The translations under genes and the position numbers were made by a program. This document shows, in pieces, positions 53,972-61,585 of a DNA stretch of 64,000 bases. The notes beneath the pieces were generated by a model that saw nothing but the letters and a program-made list of their open reading frames with translations, did no database searches and was not told where the DNA came from. The stretch comes from Patescibacteria group bacterium (GTDB lineage: Bacteria > Patescibacteriota > Minisyncoccia > Minisyncoccales > Staskawiczbacteraceae). The stretch covers positions 9,314-73,313 of the forward strand of contig JAHJTG010000008.1 in the NCBI GenBank assembly GCA_018829965.1. Direction: 5' to 3'. Positions within the stretch are counted from its first letter, which is position 1. Each line of letters begins with the position of its first letter.

Positions 53972-55345
53972 TTAATGCCGAGCGATATCTTCTTCAATCT
54001 CCAACAACCTGTTATATTTTACCATTCTTTCCGGAGTTATAGGAGCTCCAGCTTTAATAAATTCTGCCCCTATTCCAACCGCCAAATCTGCGATAAAATC
54101 ATCCGTTGTTTCTCCCGACCTATGGGCAACGAGGATTTTCCAATCAGCTGCTCTTGCTAATTTCACCGCTTCTAAGGTTTCCGTAACCGTGCCTATTTGG
54201 TTTGGTTTTAGGATAAGACCATTGCAAGCTAACTTTGCCTGTGCTTCTTTAATTCTTTTGATATTAGTAGTCAAAAGGTCGTCGCCGAATATAATTATTT
54301 TATCAGATAATTCTTTAGTAATTTCTTCAAATCCCTGCCAATCATCTTCTGCAAATGCATCTTCAATAAAAATAATTGGAAATTTATCAATTAAATCTTT
54401 GTAGAAACCTAGTAATTCGCTCCTATTTAATTCTTGATTTTCAATCTTATATCTCCCATCTTGGTAAAATTGAGATACTGCGGCATCTAAGCCGATCTTA
54501 GTATCAGGATGCTTTTCTATGGCGCTTTTTATTAGATAGAGCGCTTGCTCTGTTTTTGAAACTTGGGGAGCAAAACCTTTCTCATCCCCTATTTTTAAAT
54601 TATTTTTACCAAAGTTCTTAATTAATATTTCTTTTAAACTTTGGAATATCTCGCTGCCAACTCTAAAATTATCTCTAAAATTTTGCTTTTGAGGGATTAC
54701 CATAAACTCCTGTATGTCTAAACTACCATCCGTCCCGACTTTGTCGAGTCCCGACTTTGTCGAGGATCCTCGATTTAATCGGGAGATCCTCAACGGCTCT
54801 ACCATCGGGACATGCGCTCCTCCTTCAATAATATTAAAACAGGGTTTAGGCAGATTTAGCGGGTTTCTTAAACCCGCTAGCTGAGCTATATATTTATAAA
54901 GAGGCAGATTTTGGTCAGTAGCTAACGCCCTACATGCTGCCACAGAAACCGGCAAAATCGCGTTTACTCCCAGCCGTGATTTATTTTCCGTTCCATCAAG
55001 TTTTATTAAAAAGTCATCAACCTCTCTTTGATTAGAAAATTCTTTATCTTTTAGGGCTGGAGCGACAATTTTCTTAATATTACTTATCGCTTTCTTCACC
55101 CCTTTCCCGTCTTCATCTCTTAATTCTAGGGCTTCGTATTTTCCTTTTGATTTCCCTGAAGGAACTGATGCTAAAAAATTGCCGTTATTTGTCCCGACTC
55201 TGTTGAGTCCCGACTTTGTCGAGGATCCTCGATGAAATCGGGAGATCCTCGATGGTTTTACCATCGGGATTTCTAATTCAACTTCAATAGTCGGATTCCC
55301 ACGCGAGTCCAAAATCTCTCTTGGTATTATATTTCTAATCTTCAT
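53972..55345 (-). CDS. eno: Enolase with two in-frame copies of a family A repeat
   Basis: EILDSRGNPT, SVPSGKSKG, LDGTENKS, DIQEFM, IEDAFAEDDW, GDDL..TN, LKPNQIGT.TE, SHRSGET. Confidence 0.95.
   Translation of the reverse strand: MKIRNIIPREILDSRGNPTIEVELEIPMVKPSRISRFHRGSSTKSGLNRVGTNNGNFLASVPSGKSKGKYEALELRDEDGKGVKKAISNIKKIVAPALKDKEFSNQREVDDFLIKLDGTENKSRLGVNAILPVSVAACRALATDQNLPLYKYIAQLAGLRNPLNLPKPCFNIIEGGAHVPMVEPLRISRLNRGSSTKSGLDKVGTDGSLDIQEFMVIPQKQNFRDNFRVGSEIFQSLKEILIKNFGKNNLKIGDEKGFAPQVSKTEQALYLIKSAIEKHPDTKIGLDAAVSQFYQDGRYKIENQELNRSELLGFYKDLIDKFPIIFIEDAFAEDDWQGFEEITKELSDKIIIFGDDLLTTNIKRIKEAQAKLACNGLILKPNQIGTVTETLEAVKLARAADWKILVAHRSGETTDDFIADLAVGIGAEFIKAGAPITPERMVKYNRLLEIEEDIARH
54732..54811. 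repeat. Family A element inside eno (copy encoding ...VPMVEPLRISRLNRGSSTKSGLDKVGT...)
   Basis: gtcccgactttgtcgagtcccgactttgtcgaggatcctcgatttaatcgggagatcctcaacggctctaccatcgggac. Confidence 0.9.
55191..55269. repeat. Family A element inside eno (copy encoding ...PMVKPSRISRFHRGSSTKSGLNRVGT...)
   Basis: gtcccgactctgttgagtcccgactttgtcgaggatcctcgatgaaatcgggagatcctcgatggttttaccatcggga; ~90% identical to 54732-54811, same orientation. Confidence 0.9.
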
Positions 55346-55382
55346 TTTAATTTTTAATTAGATAAAACACTTATTAGTTTTT

Positions 55383-55455
55383 TAATCAGAGCACTTAAAT
55401 GAGCTTAAGTGCTCGACCGAGCACTAATTTATGAGATTAGTGCTCTGGTTTTTTA
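55383..55455. repeat. Family G double-hairpin element (CCAGAGCACTAA)
   Basis: cagagcacttaaatgagcttaagtgctcgaccgagcactaatttatgagattagtgctctgg; a related copy is at 61523-61585. Confidence 0.8.
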
Positions 55456-55489
55456 CTTTTATATTTTTAACCTTCATTATATTTTAAAA

Positions 55490-56341
55490 TTACTTCTCGG
55501 CTAATAATCCTTTCTTTTTCGCTCCTTCAACATAGTGTTGTTGAATTTGAGCTAAGGTCAGAGATTTGCCATAAATACGGATTTCGTCTAAATTCCCTTT
55601 AAAAAAATACGCTGTTACCATTCCTCCTCTACCGATTCTTAATGGATAATTGTTAGGAGTAATCGGAGTAGAATAATTAGCGCTGCTTACTTCCGCACCA
55701 TTGATATAATATCTGACTTGATTGGAAGTTTTGTTTCTGTTGTAAGTAACGGTAACATGATACCAACGATTATCTGAAATTACTTCTCCGCTATTTCCTG
55801 CCAATTTGCCATTTAAATTAAGAAATATATATTTTCCATAATTGACTAAAGCATACTGATAACTCCACCAATTTGCGCCGCTTTTTGCCAAGACATAACG
55901 AGTGCCTGTGGAGGGCTGCTTGTATATCCAAGCTTCAATAGTAATTTCATCGCCCGAGATATTTAGACTAGGACTACTCCCACATATTGCGGCATTACTT
56001 GAGCCATTAAAATTAAGCGCTACGCCTAAATTATCAGATGCGGTGTTATCGAGATAAGTCGGTCCCGCACCAGACCAATCACAATTATTACCATTCCCTG
56101 AGCTGTCATAAAGATTATTCTCAAAACTCCATTCTCCTACCAACTCATCTCCTATACCGTTTTTTATATTTTGACTGAATTGTAAACCAGCGGCAATTCT
56201 CGCTTTTTCTCTGACACCGCCTACACCAGCTACAACGATAGAAACAAGAATGCCAAAAATAACCATCGCTGCAGCGAGTTCAACTAAAGTAAACCCCGTT
56301 AGAAGTTTGTTTTTCTCTTTTTTTATTTCTTTATTTCCCAT
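55490..56341 (-). CDS. Pilin-like protein with LamG/concanavalin-type lectin domain
   Basis: Prepilin motif G|FTLVELAAAMVIFGIL; the C-terminal ..LDEIRIY.. is typical of LamG jelly-roll domains. Confidence 0.75.
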   Translation of the reverse strand: MGNKEIKKEKNKLLTGFTLVELAAAMVIFGILVSIVVAGVGGVREKARIAAGLQFSQNIKNGIGDELVGEWSFENNLYDSSGNGNNCDWSGAGPTYLDNTASDNLGVALNFNGSSNAAICGSSPSLNISGDEITIEAWIYKQPSTGTRYVLAKSGANWWSYQYALVNYGKYIFLNLNGKLAGNSGEVISDNRWYHVTVTYNRNKTSNQVRYYINGAEVSSANYSTPITPNNYPLRIGRGGMVTAYFFKGNLDEIRIYGKSLTLAQIQQHYVEGAKKKGLLAEK

Positions 56342-56464
56342 AAATAATTAATGGTTTAGATACCCGCAAAGCACGTAAAGATTTTTGAATTCAAAAATCT
56401 TTACCAAAAACTTCTAACGGGGTAAACCCCCCCTCTTTTTGATGAAATAAAAGTTTTTTCTCTT

Positions 56465-57400
56465 TTATATTTTTTGCTTATGAACATATTCGTAGGCGGC
56501 CAAGGCAGCTTTACACCCTTCTCCTGCCGCTGTAACTATTTGTTTGTATTTCCCGACATTTACGTCGCCGACCGCAAATAAACCCGATGTTTTTGTTTGA
56601 AAAGTTTCAAATTCCACTTTAATTTCATCCCTTTCGTTAAAATCAACAAGCCCCTTTGCCAATGCTGTTGCTGGTTGAGAGCCAATTTCAACGAAAACTC
56701 CCTGAATATCTAAGGTTTTTATTTTTTTAGTAGCTAAATCTTCATAAACCAAAGCATTCACTATCTTATCCCCTTTTATTTCTTTTACTTCGGCATTGGT
56801 AATTATTTCAATTTTTCCAAATTTTTTTGCTTCTTCTTGGTTTTCTGCGTCTGCCATTGCCTTTAATCCGCATTCTAAAATATAAATATTATCTGCGTAG
56901 TTTACCATAAAAATCGCTGCCTCAAATCCAGCATTTCCTCCGCCAATAACTACTATGTCTTTGTTTTTAAAAACTGGGCCGTCGCAAGTAACACAATAAC
57001 TTAGGCCACGACCAATAAACTCTTTTTCTCCGGGAACTTCCAACGGTCTTGGGTCGGCGCCTGTTGCGATAATCACAGATTTGGCATAAATTTTCTCTTT
57101 TTCAGTCGTGATAACAATAAAATTTTCTTTATCTTTTTCTATTTTTCCTACTTCAGCAAACTTTTTCTCAATAAACTCTTGAACATCCAAATGGTCTACA
57201 AACTTTTTTATTAACTTTTGTCCTCCAATTTTACCAAACCCGGGATAATTACAAACTTCGGTGGCTTTTTTCCCCATCTGACCACCATATTCTTTAGTAA
57301 TAAGCAAGGTTTTCATCCTTTGGCGAGTAACGTAGATACCCGCTGTAATACCAGCGGGACCACCTCCTATTATAATAATATCATAAATGTTTTCTTTCAT
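56465..57400 (-). CDS. trxB: Thioredoxin reductase
   Basis: YDIIIIGGGPAG, redox CVTCDG, second GGGNAGFEAA dinucleotide fold, GDV. Start set at MKENIYD. Confidence 0.9.
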   Translation of the reverse strand: MKENIYDIIIIGGGPAGITAGIYVTRQRMKTLLITKEYGGQMGKKATEVCNYPGFGKIGGQKLIKKFVDHLDVQEFIEKKFAEVGKIEKDKENFIVITTEKEKIYAKSVIIATGADPRPLEVPGEKEFIGRGLSYCVTCDGPVFKNKDIVVIGGGNAGFEAAIFMVNYADNIYILECGLKAMADAENQEEAKKFGKIEIITNAEVKEIKGDKIVNALVYEDLATKKIKTLDIQGVFVEIGSQPATALAKGLVDFNERDEIKVEFETFQTKTSGLFAVGDVNVGKYKQIVTAAGEGCKAALAAYEYVHKQKI

Positions 57401-57415
57401 ATGAAACAGCATAAA

Positions 57416-57481
57416 CCCCCACACCAAACAAGTACAAATTTATTTTTTGTGCGGAGCACAGTGCTTGTTATGGTGTGGGGG
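57416..57481. repeat. 66-nt palindromic element between trxB and a duplicated trxB-like 5' fragment
   Basis: cccccacaccaaacaagtac ... gtgcttgttatggtgtggggg (18/20 complementary arms). Confidence 0.8.
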
Positions 57482-57537
57482 TAAATAGCTGCAGTGATAC
57501 CTCCTGCTCCACCACCGATAATTATTAAATCGTACAT
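57481..57537 (-). pseudogene. Orphan 19-codon FAD-Rossmann N-terminus (MYDLIIIGGGAGGITAAIY)
   Basis: ATG at 57537; the reading frame runs into the palindromic element and stops at the trxB start region. Confidence 0.6.
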
Positions 57538-57601
57538 TATTAATTAATTAATAGTAATTCTATTATTTTACTAAATTTTCAATCATTACGCAAAATTATC
57601 T

Positions 57602-57671
57602 CCTGCCCGCAATGTTTCGCCCGCCAGAAACGCTGTATTTACTGCGGGCTGGCATAGCGATGCAGGCGGGC
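57602..57671. repeat. Family D GC-rich element (CCCGCCAG...GCGGGCTGG)
   Basis: cctgcccgcaatgtttcgcccgccagaaacgctgtatttactgcgggctggcatagcgatgcaggcgggc; homologous to the ftsZ-internal copy at 61793-61865. Confidence 0.8.
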
Positions 57672-57790
57672 TGAAAGGCAAAAATCGCTTAGAGGCGATT
57701 TTTATCTTAAGCCATTAGACCTGTTGCTTAATAATTTTCGCAACGAAAATTATTAAGCAACAGATCTATTATACTAACTGTATTATTTCT

Positions 57791-58021
57791 TTAGAATTCA
57801 TGCCAATCAATCTCAAAAACCTTGTTCCGCGAAGAAGCGCCGGAGATAAGTAAGATATCCGACCAGCCAATATTAAAATACTCTGTAATGACTTTCATAA
57901 CTGCCATATTCGCCTTGCCATTTTCAGGCGGTTCTTTTACCCATATTATGAAATGAGCGTCGTCAACCTTTTCTATTTTCTCTTGCTTCGCCTTAGGTTT
58001 TACCTTAACGAAGATTTTCAT
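57791..58021 (-). CDS. DUF167 (YggU-like) protein
   Basis: 76 aa; ...P.NGKAN..... pattern of the UPF0235 family. Confidence 0.65.
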   Translation of the reverse strand: MKIFVKVKPKAKQEKIEKVDDAHFIIWVKEPPENGKANMAVMKVITEYFNIGWSDILLISGASSRNKVFEIDWHEF

Positions 58022-58121
58022 AATTATAAACGAGGAAGGAATATGAAAATTTATTTTTATATTCCGACCGAGAGATTAATTATATAAATTGCTTCAGCAA
58101 TTTCTATAAATATAATACTGA

Positions 58122-58808
58122 TTAGTCTAAAATACTTTTTGGTCTTAATTTTTTTATAATCTTTTTTATAGCTTTGCTTATTAAAGAAAAAATTAGGATA
58201 ATTATTATTAATAACGCCACCAACACCATTGCACCGATTAATACAAATGGAGTTTTAAAAAACTCTATGATTGGAGTTTTAAAAAAGTATATTTTTAATT
58301 GCGGTAAAACCCAATAAACTTTCAAAATTTCTTCTGGCGTGAATTTTTCCTCTTTTCCGATAGCCAAAACATATTTCCCTTGATTATCATTCCCAGAGAT
58401 AACAATCTTATAACTCCCCGCTTCTACCTGTTTTTCAAACTCAGGTCCTTTGAAATAAAAATCTCTGCCGAAATCTTCCCAATATTCTTGCCACTTTATT
58501 GCCACGCCATCAACAAAAACGACTAATTCTTCTTTCCCGTCCTTTATTTGAAATATATTTGCAGAATATCTTCCATCTGGGTTAGAAGATTCTGGCACTA
58601 ATAGATTGATATATAGATTAAAGCTGGCATCTGAGTTAATTAAATACTCTGCAGGTTTTCCTTGTAACTCGGCATAAAACGCCTGCGACACTTCTGGAGT
58701 TTGAATAATAACACTCTCCCCATTTACGATTCTTGGCAAATGAGCAGAAGCACTACTTGCCACTCCTAGAAATATGACTATAGATAAAATTAAAACTATT
58801 TTTTTCAT
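58122..58808 (-). CDS. Hypothetical secreted protein with C-terminal membrane anchor
   Basis: Signal peptide ...ASSASA|H, C-terminal TM helix plus basic tail. Confidence 0.5.
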   Translation of the reverse strand: MKKIVLILSIVIFLGVASSASAHLPRIVNGESVIIQTPEVSQAFYAELQGKPAEYLINSDASFNLYINLLVPESSNPDGRYSANIFQIKDGKEELVVFVDGVAIKWQEYWEDFGRDFYFKGPEFEKQVEAGSYKIVISGNDNQGKYVLAIGKEEKFTPEEILKVYWVLPQLKIYFFKTPIIEFFKTPFVLIGAMVLVALLIIIILIFSLISKAIKKIIKKLRPKSILD

Positions 58809-58812
58809 TATT

Positions 58813-59055
58813 TTATTCTTGTTTTTCTTTTGGTTGCTCTTGCGTCTGCTCTTTCGGCTCTTCTTTGTTAATTGGCTCTTCTTTATTTTGTTTTTTGGAA
58901 AAATATAATATTAGATCGATGAGTCCAACAAGTATCATAACAGCTGCGATAATACGAATAAAAATCGCAAGAAAAGCTATCAACCATAGGACTATCCATA
59001 AGATAAGCCCTGTTGGCAATAGAAATTCCCATTTTATATATTTTTTGTAATCCAT
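58813..59055 (-). CDS. Small membrane protein
   Basis: Two TM helices; Glu/Lys/Pro-rich tail. Confidence 0.45.
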   Translation of the reverse strand: MDYKKYIKWEFLLPTGLILWIVLWLIAFLAIFIRIIAAVMILVGLIDLILYFSKKQNKEEPINKEEPKEQTQEQPKEKQE

Positions 59056-59067
59056 ATTTTTTATTAA

Positions 59068-59634
59068 TTATTTATTATTCTTAAACATCGGACCGTGGCC
59101 TGGAATTATCCAATCGGCTATCTCTAAAATCTTTTTACGGCTCTCTTCTAATCTTTGTGGATCATCAGCATAAGAATCTTTTTCAGGAAGATTTTCTTTC
59201 CAGAAAACATCTCCGCAAATAGCAACCAAGCCTTTATTTGTTTTTACTAATAAGCTTAAAGATGTTTTGTCGTGCCCCGGAGTTTCAATAATTCTGATGT
59301 TTTCTGTGAATTGTTCTTCCCTATCCTCAATTGTGTTTTTATCCCAAATCCCAAAATACTCTAAAGTTTTAGCCTTCGGAAACATTCCGATATTTCTGTA
59401 ATGGTCTAGATGAGAATGAGTTATAAAAACAAAGTTTACATCATTAACCGTCAAACCTTCTTTTTTCAGCTCTTTAATTAATATTTTTTGGTCTTCTAAA
59501 ATTCCTGGGTCCACAACCATTACAATATCTTTATCGCGCACTAAACTAATTGTAGCACAAGTTTTTTCTTCGCCATTATTATTAATTGAATCTGCAGTTG
59601 TATAACCTTCAGCTAAAATTTTAACTTCTGCCAT
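59068..59634 (-). CDS. MBL-fold metallo-hydrolase
   Basis: THSHLDH metal motif. Start set at MAEVKI, because upstream codons lie in the GIY-YIG element terminus. Confidence 0.8.
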   Translation of the reverse strand: MAEVKILAEGYTTADSINNNGEEKTCATISLVRDKDIVMVVDPGILEDQKILIKELKKEGLTVNDVNFVFITHSHLDHYRNIGMFPKAKTLEYFGIWDKNTIEDREEQFTENIRIIETPGHDKTSLSLLVKTNKGLVAICGDVFWKENLPEKDSYADDPQRLEESRKKILEIADWIIPGHGPMFKNNK

Positions 59635-59644
59635 ACCCAATATA

Positions 59645-59950
59645 TCAACTTCCAGAGCCAAACGTTGTTTTATGACGCTTGTATTCTTGAAGTCTTAAAC
59701 CTAAAAATCTCCGACCTTGAGTAGTTTTTAAATAATTTTCTCTACGTTTGGCATCTTCCATATTCTTACATCCTTCAAAATAAATAAGTTGAATGGGTAA
59801 TTTTATCTTTGTAGAAAAAGATAATCATTTATTATGTTCTTCTAATCTTCTCCTAAGGTTGTTGGTATATCCGATATATCTATCACCATCTTTTTGACTT
59901 TCCAAAACATAGATATAGAAGAACGTACTGGAAGTTGTATTACTGGGCAT
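59645..59950 (-). pseudogene. GIY-YIG nuclease gene (URI/YhbQ-like, 101 codons) with an in-frame TGA at codon 42
   Basis: FFYIYVLES..DGDRYIGYTNNLRRRLEEHNK-TGA-LSFSTKIKLPIQLIYFEGCKNMEDAKRRENYLKT..GRR. The TGA (59825-59827) sits where the family has Gly (HN.G). Confidence 0.75.
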
Positions 59951-60518
59951 ATTATTTTGACTTTTTACCGCTTACATTACTGTGTTCTAGCCGAGTTGCG
60001 TTGCCCCAAAACCGATTTACTGTTTTCGGTTTAGGAGCTTTCCGGTTCTTTTTATTTTTTTGATTTAATTTTGAAAAATTATTTTTCATATATTTATTAT
60101 TACTTCATTGTACACTCAAGAACACCTGTTGCAAGAGAACACAATTAAAAACACAACCTACTTAAATAGATAGTGGATAACTTTATATTGACCGTCTTTC
60201 TATAATTATCTATAATTAAAGCGTAACAAAGACTCTTCTTTGTTATCCGCAACAAATAGCTCTTTGAAATCGTACAATTATGATTTCTAAATAACACCTA
60301 CTCAATAATAAATTTATGTAACACACGCAGGGCAAATTCACTGCCTTATACTTGGACAATTTTGTCTATTAACATAAATAAAAAAAAGGCGTTGTGAATC
60401 ACACCGAATCACTAAACCACAAAAACAACCCGCAATAAAAATCTTCTAAAAAGTACCAACAAAAAAATCTCCTAAAAAAACCAAAGCCCTAATAACGTAA
60501 ATGTTATATTGAAATCAT

Positions 60519-60557
60519 AAAAAAAATAAAGCCTCTGGAAAACCTCCGAGGCTTTTT
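60519..60557. terminator. Terminator after galU (bidirectional hairpin)
   Basis: aaaaaaaauaaa-gccucugg-aaaacc-uccgaggc-uuuuu. Confidence 0.7.
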
Positions 60558-60631
60558 CATTTACCTAAAATTAAAAAGGCGGCCATGCCACCCATTTTAA
60601 CAAAAAGTTAAAAAATGATTAATAAAAATAA

Positions 60632-61510
60632 TTATTTAATATCTTTTAAATATTTTCTTAAATCCGGACCAAACCGATTATCTTTCATCGCAAAATATAA
60701 AAATGATTTTAGCCATTTTAATTTATCACCGCATTCCAACCATTTGCCTTTAAATTCATACCCATAAATTACTTTTCCGTCCATTAACATTTTTTCAAAA
60801 ACTTCAGCTAAAATTATTTCTCCTTTTTTTGATGGCCTTGCTTTCTTTAAATACGCGAACACTTCCGGAGTTAAAATATATTTTCCGACAATTACCAAAT
60901 CAGAAGGAGCTTCTCCTAAAGCCGGCTTCTCAATAATCTTTTTTACCTTATAAAGACGGCTAGCAATTTTCTCTACGCCTGCTACTCCATAGGCAGGCAG
61001 TTTTTCGTTCGGCAATCTATTCAAAGCTATTACTGGGGCGTTGCAAGTTCTATAAATATCTATTAATTGGGAAATAGCCGGAGTTTCTCCATCTACAATA
61101 TCGTCCGAGAATAAAACAGCTACGGGCTCGTTGTTAATAAGTTTTTCTGCCTGTAAGATTGCGTGGCCATCGCCCATTGGCTTTCTCTGTATAACAAAAT
61201 GAATCGTAAGATCATTTAAGATTGATTCAAATTCTTTTAATTCCTTTAAGAGTTCCTCTTTTTTCTTTTTTGTTAAAATCTTTTCTAATTCTTTAGCTGG
61301 CTTGAAATAATTCAGTATCATCTTCTGAGTAGGACTGATAACAAAAATCAATTCAGTGATGCCTGATTTTTTTGCTTCTTCTACAATATATTGAATTATT
61401 GGCTTATCAACTATAGGAAAAAATTCCTTTGGCAATATTTTAGAAAGAGGCAAAAACCTGGTACCTAGACCAGCAACAGGAATAATAGCTTTTTTAATTT
61501 CGTTAGACAT
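60632..61510 (-). CDS. galU: UTP-glucose-1-phosphate uridylyltransferase
   Basis: AIIPVAGLGTRFLP.SK..PKE, ...EKP motif (IIEKPALGEAPS). Confidence 0.9.
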   Translation of the reverse strand: MSNEIKKAIIPVAGLGTRFLPLSKILPKEFFPIVDKPIIQYIVEEAKKSGITELIFVISPTQKMILNYFKPAKELEKILTKKKKEELLKELKEFESILNDLTIHFVIQRKPMGDGHAILQAEKLINNEPVAVLFSDDIVDGETPAISQLIDIYRTCNAPVIALNRLPNEKLPAYGVAGVEKIASRLYKVKKIIEKPALGEAPSDLVIVGKYILTPEVFAYLKKARPSKKGEIILAEVFEKMLMDGKVIYGYEFKGKWLECGDKLKWLKSFLYFAMKDNRFGPDLRKYLKDIK

Positions 61511-61522
61511 ATTTTATGTTTT

Positions 61523-61585
61523 AAACCAGAACACATATTCTATGTGCTCGGTCGAGCACTAAATTTTATTTAGTGCTCTGGTTTC
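61523..61585. repeat. Family G double-hairpin element; supplies the ftsZ stop and last codons
   Basis: aaccagaacacatattctatgtgctcggtcgagcactaaattttatttagtgctctgg. Confidence 0.8.

Noticed and set aside
54732-55269. Inteins as an explanation for the enolase inserts
   Set aside because: The inserts are only ~26 aa, with no Cys/Ser/Thr-...-HN splice-junction motifs. Their nucleotide sequence is a palindromic repeat shared with non-coding loci.
43653-59827. Alternative genetic code (UGA sense) for the host
   Set aside because: TGA terminates the methyltransferase (43653) and the FemAB-like gene (7389). All housekeeping ORFs are intact under the standard code. The only in-frame TGA seen is in the GIY-YIG cassette.
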